Notes: generated by a model from the sequence alone, not told the origin. DNA of 24,000 nt from an uncultured Verrucomicrobiae bacterium (GCA_963820865.1 CAWGBZ010000005.1:42867-66866); one strand, 5' to 3'. Shown: positions 1 through 8,817, counted from the stretch's first letter. Program-made: numbers and translations.

Positions 1-336
1 CGTGCGTGGCTGCTTTACGAATCGTGCCGCGAACATCAGGACCAGCCCCGCTGCGGCACCACCCAGCGTTGGAACGACGATTCTCTGCCACCACGGAAGA
101 TGCGCGAAACTCTCGCTCACTCCGGCCTCCCAACTCCCCGTAAAGAGCCAATGGACCGCCTCCGTTGCCTTTCGAAAGGCCAGAGATCCCAATGCGCCGA
201 GAAACCCCGCCAGCCCCGCCAGCACGAGGGTGATCTGCAGTTCTTTTGGCCGCAACCACTCGACCAGCCGAAGCCACCAGCGAAGTCCTCGCCGTCCTGA
301 GGCAAAAAACGAAGACTTGCCAGGATCTGATGACAT
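1..336 (-). CDS. ClC-family voltage-gated chloride channel / Cl-/H+ antiporter, N-terminal part (gene runs off the left edge)
   Basis: Own translation of the minus strand; this ORF is not in the supplied track. ATG at 336..334, open to position 1: MSSDPGKSSFFASGRRGLRWWLRLVEWLRPKELQITLVLAGLAGFLGALGSLAFRKATEAVHWLFTG...HLPWWQRIVVPTLGGAAAGLVLMF. The hydrophobic helices with G/A-rich faces are typical of ClC helices B/C. The start lies 2 nt after the stop of the upstream EIIA gene. Confidence 0.6.
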   Translation of the reverse strand, partial: MSSDPGKSSFFASGRRGLRWWLRLVEWLRPKELQITLVLAGLAGFLGALGSLAFRKATEAVHWLFTGSWEAGVSESFAHLPWWQRIVVPTLGGAAAGLVLMFAARFVKQPRT

Positions 337-338
337 TC

Positions 339-798
339 TCACGAACCGGAGGCGAGCGTCTGGAGAAGAGCCTCCGGAGTGTCCGCAAGCATCAGCGTCG
401 TCCGCGTTTTCGGATCCCGCACACGTCGAGCCAGCCAGGCGACACAACCAAGATAGTCCGCAATCCCATCTGAAGGGGCTCCCAACAGAAAAATCAGATG
501 CACGACCGGCAGCTCAGGTCGGAACGAAATCCCCGTTTCGCTTCGTCCGATTGCGAGAAAAAGCTGCGACACGGCCGTCGTTCGGGCATGGGGGAACGCG
601 ATCTGCTCGGAAGTAGCAGTGGACACGACCGCTTCCCGGAGACGCACCTGTCGCATGAAGGCGTCCGGGTCATTGACCGCCCGGTGCTTTCGGACCACGG
701 GCTCGAGGGCGCTTAAACACTCCTCGAATGTACCCCGCCCCGATATTCATGAGTACAGAGGACGGATCCACTATCGCCTTAAACTGTTCCGCCGTCAC
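339..798 (-). CDS. PTS EIIA-2 (PtsN / EIIA-Ntr-like) domain protein; reading frame interrupted by a 1-nt indel
   Basis: The track ORF 339..698 contains the EIIA-2 core (QIAFPHARTTAV with the phospho-His, then VHLIFLLGAP). The missing N-terminus is in another frame from GTG 798: VTAEQFKAIVDPSSVLMNIGAG. It joins to TFEECLSALEPVVRKH if one G is removed from the runs at 733-741 (+ strand ccccgcccc). Total length is 460 nt, i.e. 3n+1. Confidence 0.6.
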
Positions 799-890
799 AG
801 GGTTTCATTGTATTCGCAGCGGCGGATCGTGCGAGACAGTTTCTCGCTCACGGCTCTCCCGTACCGAAGAGGAAATGTCGTCGTAAGGAA

Positions 891-1628
891 ATGCACGGTT
901 TCGCCGACAAACCGCATAGGATGCCCGAAACGATCGTGGGCCTATTTTGGACGGCGGTTGGCGCATATGCCGCAACCGGCATCGCCTTCGCGGTTCCATT
1001 CGTGCTATCTTGGTCGGCGCGACTCGATCCGGGAGCACGGGCGGGCAGCTGGGGGTTTCGGCTGGCCATCCTGCCGGGCGCGGTCGCCCTTTGGCCGTTG
1101 CTCGGCTGGAAAACTCTGCGCGCTTTTCGCGAAACCGTGTCGCCGCCCGATCCCGAAGAACCCGTTCCTCCGGCCACGCAGCGCCTGATCCACGGCGTTT
1201 CGATGCTCTGCCTCACGTTGGTGGTTCCAGTCATTGGCAGTCTGGCAATCCTCTACCGTCCCGACGAGCGACTCTCCACAGAACGTCAGGTTGGGCCCAG
1301 GCCGCTTGCCGATTCACTAAACCTCCGAAACCCAGTCCCTGAAGGATTGCCGGTTCACGCCTCCCTGCGGACAGACGGCTCGCAAGACCAAATTGAACTC
1401 AAGGTATCTCGCTCGATTGACGAGCCAGTCGTGGCGTTGTTCTGGAGCCCCCAGACACACCCCGACCGCCCTGCCCCGGACGCCATCTTTCTGGGTTCGT
1501 TATGGGGACCAACCAAGCTCTTGTTCGACCTCCCCCGAGAGAATCATCAATCGCCCGGGACGCTGTTCTTTGTCGCTTTGACAGACGAACAGCGGGTAGT
1601 CGCCAAGCTTTCGCTCGACCCGCTCTAG
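891..1628 (+). CDS. hypothetical membrane protein (about 3 TM helices plus a soluble C-terminal domain)
   Basis: 245-aa ORF with hydrophobic segments (IVGLFWTAVGAYAATGIAFAVPFVL, WGFRLAILPGAVALWPLLGW, GVSMLCLTLVVPVIGSLAILY). The stop is 2 nt before the ATG of the next gene. An alternative start at 921 (MPETIV) is possible. I recognise no family. Confidence 0.5.
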   Translation: MHGFADKPHRMPETIVGLFWTAVGAYAATGIAFAVPFVLSWSARLDPGARAGSWGFRLAILPGAVALWPLLGWKTLRAFRETVSPPDPEEPVPPATQRLIHGVSMLCLTLVVPVIGSLAILYRPDERLSTERQVGPRPLADSLNLRNPVPEGLPVHASLRTDGSQDQIELKVSRSIDEPVVALFWSPQTHPDRPAPDAIFLGSLWGPTKLLFDLPRENHQSPGTLFFVALTDEQRVVAKLSLDPL

Positions 1629-1630
1629 GC

Positions 1631-3451
1631 ATGTCGCTCGCTTACCGTGCTCTTGGTTGGAACCGCCAAAAACGGCTCTACGACCTCGCGATGGCATCCG
1701 CCCTGCTCCTGGGCTTGGTCGTCTACGGCGGGACGGTTTATTCTTTCCACCCGGACACCACTGCCGAAACATTCGTTATCCGATTCAGCGCGCTTGCAGC
1801 GGTCCTTCTCCTTCATGTCATTCTGGCCATCGGACCGCTGGTCCGCCTCGACTCACGATTCCTGCCGCTGCTTTATAACCGGCGCCATCTGGGGGTGATG
1901 ATGTTCCTACTGGCGCTCTTGCATGGAAGTTTCGCCATCGTCCAGTTTCACGCCGGAGGCAATTTGAATCCTCTCATCAGCGTCCTGACCTCCTATCGAC
2001 GCGACTACCTTTCGTTCTCCTCCGGTCTCGATCAGATCGTGCACTTTCCCTTCGAGGCCCTTGGACTGACCGCCCTTTTGATACTATTCGTCATGGCCGC
2101 GACCAGCCACGATTTCTGGCTTAGGAATCTGGGTCCATCCTTCTGGAAGACGATGCATATGCTCGTCTACCTGGCCTATGCACTCCTGCTGGCTCATGTC
2201 TTTCTCGGGGCGTTTCAGTCGGAGAGAAACCTCATCTTTCCTTTGATCCTGGGAATCGGATTCGCGGTGCTTCTCATCCTGCATGGGGCGGCCTTCGCCA
2301 AGGAGTTCACCTTCGACCGTGCCGGTGGGCCTGGGTCACGCGCCGGGTTTGTTCTTGCGGCCAAGCGCGCCGATCTGGTCCCGGAGACCGGCAAGGTCGT
2401 CGTTGCTGCAGGGAAGAGGATTGCTCTGTTTCTCCATGACGGAAGGATCTTTGCCCTTTCCAATGTCTGCCAGCATCAAGGCGGGCCGTTGGGAGAAGGA
2501 CGCATCGTGGCGGGTTGTCTGACCTGTCCATGGCATGGCTATCAATACCAAGTCGAAGATGGTCACAGCCCACCCCCTTTCACGGAAGGGGTGCCGACGT
2601 ACGAAGTCCGATTGTCTGGCGAAGATATCTATGTTTCGACGCAAGCGCTGCCCCTCGGCACCAAGTCACGCGGTGCGATCGTTGACGGATTGGTCAACTC
2701 GGTCGCCGCCGCGCAGCCAGCGTTCTATATCGGATGGCAGTCGAAATGCCCGGCTCAGCTCGGCAGGCATTCACAAAGGTTCTTCGCCCTCGTGCTCGCC
2801 GCGACTGCCGCTCTATTCTTCATGGCGGCCAGGTTCCAGAACCCTGTCGATCCCGGGACGTTTGAGTTTGGCGGTGAGCGAACCTTCGCAGGAACCTTGC
2901 TGGAGTCGCCTCTCCCCATCCTGCACGTGCCGGGACCGGGAGACAGATCCGGCATGAACTTCCTGCTGGTTGGGTCGGGAAAGTTCGGAGCCTCTCATAT
3001 CGTGCGAAGACTCGACCGCCACTCGCTCCGCTTCACGGGGAGCCTGATCCATCGGAATGGGATGGTCATGATCCAGATGAGCAGACCTGAATCGCTGGAA
3101 GTCATCAACGCGCCTTCAACAATTCCTCCGCCGGTAGTCTCGCTCGGAAGGTCAACGTTCCGCGGGGAACTGGTCGATACCAAATGCTTCCTCGGCGTGA
3201 TGCGCCCCGCGACCGGAAAGGTGCATCGCGCTTGCGCCGTTCGCTGTCTGAGCGGCGGCGCGCCTCCCGCGCTCCTGGTCAGAGACGAACAAGGCCATGG
3301 CACCGCTTTGCTTCTCGCCGCCTCGCCTGACCAGCCGCTCGACATCGACCCGGAACTGGCCGCGCGCACACTTGAAGTTCAGGGGAGCCTTGAGCTTCAT
3401 AGCGGCTTGCCAATCCTCCGGGTTCATTCTTGGCGCGTGGTGGAGGAGTAA
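1631..3451 (+). CDS. fusion protein: MsrQ/YedZ-like ferric-reductase heme-b membrane domain + Rieske [2Fe-2S] domain + TM segment + Cys/His-containing C-terminal domain of unknown function
   Basis: I chose the in-frame ATG at 1631 (MSLAYRALGW...), directly after the upstream stop. The MsrQ-like motifs are YNRRHLGVMMFLLALLHGSFAI and ATSHDFWLRNLGPSFWKTMHMLVYLAYALLLAHVFL. The Rieske motif is CQH-x16-CPWH (CQHQGGPLGEGRIVAGCLTCPWHGYQY). The C-terminal part contains DTKCFLGVMRPATGKVHRACAVRCLSGGAPP. Confidence 0.75.
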   Translation: MSLAYRALGWNRQKRLYDLAMASALLLGLVVYGGTVYSFHPDTTAETFVIRFSALAAVLLLHVILAIGPLVRLDSRFLPLLYNRRHLGVMMFLLALLHGSFAIVQFHAGGNLNPLISVLTSYRRDYLSFSSGLDQIVHFPFEALGLTALLILFVMAATSHDFWLRNLGPSFWKTMHMLVYLAYALLLAHVFLGAFQSERNLIFPLILGIGFAVLLILHGAAFAKEFTFDRAGGPGSRAGFVLAAKRADLVPETGKVVVAAGKRIALFLHDGRIFALSNVCQHQGGPLGEGRIVAGCLTCPWHGYQYQVEDGHSPPPFTEGVPTYEVRLSGEDIYVSTQALPLGTKSRGAIVDGLVNSVAAAQPAFYIGWQSKCPAQLGRHSQRFFALVLAATAALFFMAARFQNPVDPGTFEFGGERTFAGTLLESPLPILHVPGPGDRSGMNFLLVGSGKFGASHIVRRLDRHSLRFTGSLIHRNGMVMIQMSRPESLEVINAPSTIPPPVVSLGRSTFRGELVDTKCFLGVMRPATGKVHRACAVRCLSGGAPPALLVRDEQGHGTALLLAASPDQPLDIDPELAARTLEVQGSLELHSGLPILRVHSWRVVEE

Positions 3452-3655
3452 CGCTCTCGCTGATCACACCGCCCCCACGCAAGGTGACCTGCCGGCGTGT
3501 TGACCATGGCAAAACTCTGCGGACGGTTTCGCGACGATGCCCTAAGACAATTCCAGCCCACGCTCGCCCTTCCTCCCTTGTCCGCCAATCGCGCTTGACA
3601 GTGAAGCGCCAAATGCTAAGCGTGCACCGCCCTGTCGGATACGACGCGGTGACTA

Positions 3656-5200
3656 ATGACGATGCCCGAAAAAGCCCGAACACGCCTGGCGCTCGCCGGC
3701 TTGAGCCTGAGCGCCTTTGTCGCCTATCTGGACTTTGCGATTGTTAACACGGCGCTACCCTCCATGCAGCGAGAACTGACCCTAACTTTCGTGCAGCTCC
3801 AATGGGTCATGAACATTTTCGTGCTCGCTCTCTGTATTTTCATGGTGAACATGGGGCGCTTCGGCGACATGTTTGGCAGGCGCCTGTTGCTCTACATCGG
3901 TTTGACGTGCTTTGCCGCGGCTTCGCTCCTGGCAGGCCTGGCGCCGAACGGTCAAACATTGATCGCGGCTCGAGCCTTCCAAGGGGTTGCCATCACGATG
4001 ATCGTGCCCTCGAGTGTCGCGCTGGTCTCCCAGACGGTTTCTCCCAGCGAGCGCGGACGGGCGATTGGGATTTGGACGAGTGTCACCGGCGTGGGATTAG
4101 CCATCGGCCCGGTCGTTGGCGGCCTCTTGACGAGCGCGCTGTCCTGGCGATGGATATTCTTCGTCAATATTCCGATCGTGGTGATCGCTTTTTCGCTCTG
4201 CTTTGTGAGCGTTCGAGACGCTGTCAAAAGCAACCATGAAATGCGGGTCGACTGGGCGGGTTTTTTCTTGATGATCGTCGGGATCGGTTCCCTGATTTGC
4301 GCCGTCGTCCAGGGTCCGGAATGGGGATGGGCGTCACGACCGACTCTCGCCTTAGCTCTGACCGCCGTTGTCTCTCTCGGCTTGCTTCTGGTAGTCGAAT
4401 CGAAAGTCAAGTCCCCCATCCTTGATCTGGGGCTATTGGCCAACCGCGGGTTTCTTGCCGGAGCTTTCGCAAACTTCACCCTCATGGGCTTCGCCTATTC
4501 CGCGTTCTTTCTCATGCCTCTGTTCCTGCGGGGCATCGTCGGTCAGGAACCCTACGCTATCGGGTTCCTTATGCTTCCAATCACCGTGTTAATCGTCATC
4601 GTTGCACCGATCGCCGGAAGGATGGTTGACACCAAGGGAGCCAAGCTTCCGGTTCTCCTTGGTCTCTTGTCCCTGGCTGTGTCGGCCCTCATCCAGTCGA
4701 CGCTCCGAGACGACAGTTCGCTAGTTCATATTCTCCTTGGGTTCGTCTTTGTCGGCCTTGGTTGGGGCCTGGTGTTGAGCTCGGCGGCGTTTTCCGCCAT
4801 CTCCTCGCTTCCTCCCACCCTTTCCGGCACGGCTTCGGGTGCGCTCTGGACGTTTCAAAACCTGGGTGGATCCATTGGCCTTGCCATTGCCGGGACCATT
4901 TTTCGACATGCGGAGCGAACGTCCCTGATGACGGGCCTCGGCGCGTCAGACATTCATTTGACTCCAGAGCAACAGGATCTGATAAAGAGCCTGCTGGGCG
5001 ATTCGAACGAAGCCAGGCAGATCCTCGGTGAGTTTCCCAGCTCTCTCGCCGAAAGCATTTGGCCGCTTTTTCGGAACGCGTTCATGCAGGGCTACTCCTG
5101 GTCGTTTCTTTTCCTCCTGGGTCTGTCACTGGCAGCATTCCTGGTTGTCGCTGTCCTGATGAAAAATATTGCCAGGAAGGAACCGCCTCCCTCGTCGTGA
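3656..5200 (+). CDS. MFS transporter, DHA2 (EmrB/QacA-like, 14-TMS) family drug/H+ antiporter
   Basis: 514 aa and multi-TM throughout. N-terminal signature: LDFAIVNTALPSMQRELTLTFVQLQWVMNIFVLALCIFMVNMGRFGDMFGRRLLL. Motif C-like segment: GIWTSVTGVGLAIGPVVGGLL. Confidence 0.85.
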   Translation: MTMPEKARTRLALAGLSLSAFVAYLDFAIVNTALPSMQRELTLTFVQLQWVMNIFVLALCIFMVNMGRFGDMFGRRLLLYIGLTCFAAASLLAGLAPNGQTLIAARAFQGVAITMIVPSSVALVSQTVSPSERGRAIGIWTSVTGVGLAIGPVVGGLLTSALSWRWIFFVNIPIVVIAFSLCFVSVRDAVKSNHEMRVDWAGFFLMIVGIGSLICAVVQGPEWGWASRPTLALALTAVVSLGLLLVVESKVKSPILDLGLLANRGFLAGAFANFTLMGFAYSAFFLMPLFLRGIVGQEPYAIGFLMLPITVLIVIVAPIAGRMVDTKGAKLPVLLGLLSLAVSALIQSTLRDDSSLVHILLGFVFVGLGWGLVLSSAAFSAISSLPPTLSGTASGALWTFQNLGGSIGLAIAGTIFRHAERTSLMTGLGASDIHLTPEQQDLIKSLLGDSNEARQILGEFPSSLAESIWPLFRNAFMQGYSWSFLFLLGLSLAAFLVVAVLMKNIARKEPPPSS

Positions 5201-5344
5201 CTGACGGCCTTTGCCCACGTCTCATCCCGGAAGCACCGCGGCTCGATATGCCGCGATGCTCGTCCAGGCCTTTCTCCGAGTGACGAATCGGTTCAGTGGG
5301 TCTTCTCTTTGTTTGCGACCGGCACGAGCTTGAGTCGGATGCCG

Positions 5345-5512
5345 TTATCCTTCGCCACCGTCGTCTTCACCCGATACTGGGGCGCCGCACACTTGACAGC
5401 GAACAACTCCAGGATCGGCATAGGACAACGTGGCATCGGCCGCGATCGCCGGAGCCGCCAAAACGCCAAACGCCATCGCGCTATAAGCCAGGGTTCTCAT
5501 TAGCTTTCTCAT
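5345..5512 (-). CDS. small secreted protein candidate (signal peptide); possibly frameshifted, with the real C-terminus ending at 5293
   Basis: Own translation: MRKLMRTLAYSAMAFGVLAAPAIA|ADATLSYADPG..., a textbook Sec signal with an AxA site. After about codon 35 a different frame reads more protein-like: ...LELFAVKCAAPQYRVKTTVAKDNGIRLKLVPVANKEKTH, with its stop at 5293. Confidence 0.25.
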   Translation of the reverse strand: MRKLMRTLAYSAMAFGVLAAPAIAADATLSYADPGVVRCQVCGAPVSGEDDGGEG

Positions 5513-5556
5513 AGTGATCTTATCTTAGATTTGATTCTGCGTTCGTCAGGCGCCTG

Positions 5557-5829
5557 TCAATTTGTCGTGAAAGACCGCGCTTCCGTACGTAAGAAGTCGC
5601 CACGATCTGATCTTGAAGAGAAATCGCTGCGCAGCGACAGCGGCTGCGCGGAGGAGAATGCCCAGCGCTCGCGCGCATGGCGGTGTGGAGGGCCTTGGCT
5701 GCGAAGCGCCTCGTATCCGGCGATGAGATCGAAGAGCTCTTCGTCAATCGTCGCCTGCCGGCGGCGATGGTAGCTCACCGGCAGTGCGCTCAGGAGCTCG
5801 TTGATATTTTGCTCCGCCCCTTCTGACAA
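5557..5829 (-). CDS. hypothetical ORF downstream of the NRDE gene (possible gene remnant)
   Basis: TTG-initiated 90-aa ORF. The first half is helix-like (AEQNINELLSALPVSYHRRRQATIDEELFDLIAGYEALRSQ). The second half is low-complexity (S/R-rich). I recognise no family. Confidence 0.2.
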   Translation of the reverse strand: MSEGAEQNINELLSALPVSYHRRRQATIDEELFDLIAGYEALRSQGPPHRHARERWAFSSAQPLSLRSDFSSRSDRGDFLRTEARSFTTN

Positions 5830-5862
5830 AGCCCCGTATCCCTCGAACGCTTCTGGGAGAAT

Positions 5863-6606
5863 CTAGGCGGCTCGAGAAATGGCGCAGGGAAACGCCAGAT
5901 CCAGCGACGCTTGGAAGCTTCGGGAACAAGAACAGGGCGGGGCAGGAACGTAATGGATTGCCGCGCGCGAACCTCGGACACTTATTTCGGTATAACTGAC
6001 CGTGCCGGCCTCGGGACGATGCATGCACATCGAGAAGGGGCCCGCTTCCGGCACATGACTTCGATGAAGTGCCCTTAGCGTCGGCAAATTCAAAGCGCCG
6101 TCCGAAATCTGCTCGCAAACCTTCCGCCTGACGTCATCTGCTTTTGCTTCATCGAAGCCCGACGAGAACCAATGCTGGCGAGTCCATGGTAGCGGGATGT
6201 GTTCAACCCGCTCAGCGCCAGAGCGCCATTCCCAAAGGGAGCGCTCCGCCAAGCTTATGGCAACCAGGCGAAAGGGATTCATGCGCTCGCAGGGAAGTTG
6301 CCTGACGATCCGGGCGGCTGCCTGAGGGCTGTGCGCCGACAGAACGGCCCGAACCACCTCGCCGCGGCTCACCAGGTCTTCGCCGGCGCGGTCAGGCTGC
6401 GAGTGCCAGTTGAGGAGCGAGAACGCCATCCCGACGCTGTTGATGCCAACCCACGTTCCACCGCTCTGCTCCCGCGGGTAAAGCATAGCCAACCCGTCGC
6501 GCTGAGACACCTCCGGCGGCAGGGCCGACGGACGCGAGAACAATTCATCCCGGTTCATCGCCAGGACGAAACCATCGTCGCGAGGAAGAAAGGTCACACT
6601 GCACAT
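5863..6606 (-). CDS. NRDE-family protein (TANGO2-like, Ntn-type fold with N-terminal Cys)
   Basis: The protein starts MCSVTFLPRDDGFVLAMNRDE, i.e. Met-Cys at the N-terminus plus the eponymous NRDE motif. It is 247 aa. The start lies 3 nt after the stop of the upstream ATP-grasp gene. Confidence 0.8.
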   Translation of the reverse strand: MCSVTFLPRDDGFVLAMNRDELFSRPSALPPEVSQRDGLAMLYPREQSGGTWVGINSVGMAFSLLNWHSQPDRAGEDLVSRGEVVRAVLSAHSPQAAARIVRQLPCERMNPFRLVAISLAERSLWEWRSGAERVEHIPLPWTRQHWFSSGFDEAKADDVRRKVCEQISDGALNLPTLRALHRSHVPEAGPFSMCMHRPEAGTVSYTEISVRGSRAAIHYVPAPPCSCSRSFQASLDLAFPCAISRAA

Positions 6607-6609
6607 GGT

Positions 6610-8229
6610 TCAATCCGCGAAGGGGTGACAAAGACTGGCTCGTCGATAGCGCCGCCATTCCGTGAGGATTTTCGTGGCCGCATCCGGACGATATCCGCGT
6701 CGTCGGTTCGCCGCACCAATGGCAAAGACAAGCTCCCATTGCTGGAACAGGATGCCATATGCCTCGCGCAACGACTTGCTGGAGTCATAGGCACTCGTAG
6801 CCTCGGAGGCGGCCCCATTCAACTCCAGAATTTTAAACCCTCGACCCGCCCGAAATTCCTCGATCGACCGGAAGCGCACGTCATATCTTCCGATGAAGAA
6901 ACCGGGCAACCGGGAGGAAATCGCGTCGATTTGTTCCTCGAGCTCGCTGCTCCAGAAACGCATGCCATCACGAAAGATGCATCCCTGAGCGTGGTTTCCG
7001 GCCTCGACGAGTCGCAAGCTTTCGCCATTCTCCAGCACCCGAGTTCGCCAGCGATCGAACCTTCGCAGATAGGTGTCGGCCAGCAGCGAAGCGCGCGCAT
7101 CCGCCCGAATTAACGCCTCCACCGTGCTTCGGCCATCACCGACGACTACCGGAAACACCTTTTCGGTGATGGCGAAAATCTTGCCCGCGGGTTGATTCGG
7201 GAAACGATAGTAGAAGATTCCCGCTTCGTACGGCCCGTAGATGTACTCCTGCGCCACGATCGAAACGTGAACCTCACGCAAATACTCTTCCGCCCGGGCG
7301 GCGCTCCTCGCGACCCGAAAGCCGCTTCCTCGTTGGGCGACATCGGGCTTCAGGACAATCGGAAAATCCGAGCCAAGAATGCCCATGCCCTCCTCAAAGA
7401 CCTTTAGCCGGTCGGCCACCGCTCCGACCGGGATCAGGACACTTGCCGCGACCCATTCTGCACTGCCTTGCGTAAGAGCCTCAAGGGTCTCGTGCTTGGA
7501 TTCGCCGATCAATCCGCCGGTATGCATTCCGGGATTCGCGCATGTCGGCAGGCTCAAACTCCGGTACTTGAGAGAGAGTCTTAGATAGTGGATCCCAATC
7601 GGAAGATAAAATAACCAGGCCGGCCAGAACTCCCATTTTAACCACCGTTGAAATGCGGCGGATGCTCGAAGTCTCCGAGCGGCTGGGAGCCAGCGAGTCC
7701 GCGTCAAAAATAGTGCCAGCACCAGAAGACCGAACACCACCAACTGTAGGACGCCGTTCAGATCGCGAGCCAGATCCGTCCGCACTTCAAACCACCGGAA
7801 AAAGCCGAAAATCAATCCGACCCAACCGGCGGCCAGAAAGCCAGTGATCACGGCAAAGCGCGCGATCGGCATCCCCAAGAGCCCCGCGGCCAGGAAAGTG
7901 GGGAGTCTCGTGCCGGGAACAAAGCGGCAGACGACCAGCGCCCACAGCCCGTGCCGGACGAACCAATCTTCGCCCTTTTGAAGACTCCTTGTCTCGCCAC
8001 GGAGAAGGAGCGCGCTTACCACCGGGCGTCCGCAGAACCGTGCAAGTCCGTAAAGACCGAGATCGCCGACCCAGATGCCGAGGAAACATGCCGCGAAGGC
8101 AAACGACCAGGGAAGGTTGCCCAGCGCTGCCAGGAAGGCGCCCGTGAGCGTGGCCGAGTCCTCCGAAAGAAGTGACAGCAGGAATATCCCCGCGCCTCCC
8201 GCCGCATGATACCACGGCTCCGAAGTCAT
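6610..8229 (-). CDS. fusion protein: N-terminal DedA/VTT (SNARE-associated) membrane domain + C-terminal ATP-grasp carboxylate-amine ligase domain
   Basis: N-terminal part of about 200 aa: multi-TM with a DedA-like LLSEDSATLTGAFLAALG ... VVCRFVPGTRLPTFLAAGLLGM. C-terminal part of about 300 aa: ATP-grasp-like, with FPIVLKPDVAQRGSGFRV, VAQEYIYGPYEAGIFYYR, VVVGDGRSTVEALI and FKILELNGAASEATSAYD. Confidence 0.8.
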   Translation of the reverse strand: MTSEPWYHAAGGAGIFLLSLLSEDSATLTGAFLAALGNLPWSFAFAACFLGIWVGDLGLYGLARFCGRPVVSALLLRGETRSLQKGEDWFVRHGLWALVVCRFVPGTRLPTFLAAGLLGMPIARFAVITGFLAAGWVGLIFGFFRWFEVRTDLARDLNGVLQLVVFGLLVLALFLTRTRWLPAARRLRASAAFQRWLKWEFWPAWLFYLPIGIHYLRLSLKYRSLSLPTCANPGMHTGGLIGESKHETLEALTQGSAEWVAASVLIPVGAVADRLKVFEEGMGILGSDFPIVLKPDVAQRGSGFRVARSAARAEEYLREVHVSIVAQEYIYGPYEAGIFYYRFPNQPAGKIFAITEKVFPVVVGDGRSTVEALIRADARASLLADTYLRRFDRWRTRVLENGESLRLVEAGNHAQGCIFRDGMRFWSSELEEQIDAISSRLPGFFIGRYDVRFRSIEEFRAGRGFKILELNGAASEATSAYDSSKSLREAYGILFQQWELVFAIGAANRRRGYRPDAATKILTEWRRYRRASLCHPFAD

Positions 8230-8235
8230 CCATCT

Positions 8236-8817
8236 TCAAGCCGCCCGTTGGTCCCGGGCAGGCTCCCCGTTTAGGGACGATCCAAAACGATCACCGTCCG
8301 GGACGGCCGGCTCGCGATGCTTGATGGTCGCGGGAGCAACTCCAAAGCCTTCCGGAAGGAGGACGCCCAGCATGCCACACATCACGCGAATCAACGCGTA
8401 GTGATGGATCGCGTGAACGATGCAAAACATCATCTCGCGACCGACCGTCGAGATCGCGGACGGAGGCTCCTCGATCGCATAGGAAACTTTGCTGCGAACC
8501 CGGATCGGACATCCCAGCGTCCAGTTGCCGATTCCTTCACTCCGTTGCAGCAGATTTCTCGTCTGGTCCAGGGCAACATCTCGAATCGTCTCGACGCGGG
8601 CGTCTCGCCTCCGATGGTCGTAGTTCACTTCCGCCGCACCGAGCGCATCAAAAACGCTCCGGAAGTGGTCCAGGCAATGACGGTAGTGACCACCTACCGA
8701 AGAGTTGAAGGCCGCGGGGACCTTCGCGCAGTAGGCTGCATCATCCAGAACACCGAGGAGAACTTCTCCCTGTCGCAGAATCTCCCTGGTCGCGTTGAGA
8801 ATAGTTCGTTCGTTCAT
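8236..8817 (-). CDS. DinB-like (DinB_2 superfamily) metal-dependent protein
   Basis: Four-helix-bundle-type His motifs: VGGHYRHCLDHFRSVF near the N-terminus and MMFCIVHAIHHYALI near the C-terminus. The ATG overlaps the doxX stop (ATGA at 8814-8817). Confidence 0.7.
   Translation of the reverse strand: MNERTILNATREILRQGEVLLGVLDDAAYCAKVPAAFNSSVGGHYRHCLDHFRSVFDALGAAEVNYDHRRRDARVETIRDVALDQTRNLLQRSEGIGNWTLGCPIRVRSKVSYAIEEPPSAISTVGREMMFCIVHAIHHYALIRVMCGMLGVLLPEGFGVAPATIKHREPAVPDGDRFGSSLNGEPARDQRAA

Noticed and set aside
3595-3623. A perfect TTGACA -35 hexamer upstream of the MFS gene.
   Set aside because: The best -10 candidates at 16-17 nt spacing (TAAGCG / AAGCGT) are poor, so it cannot be supported as a promoter from sequence alone.
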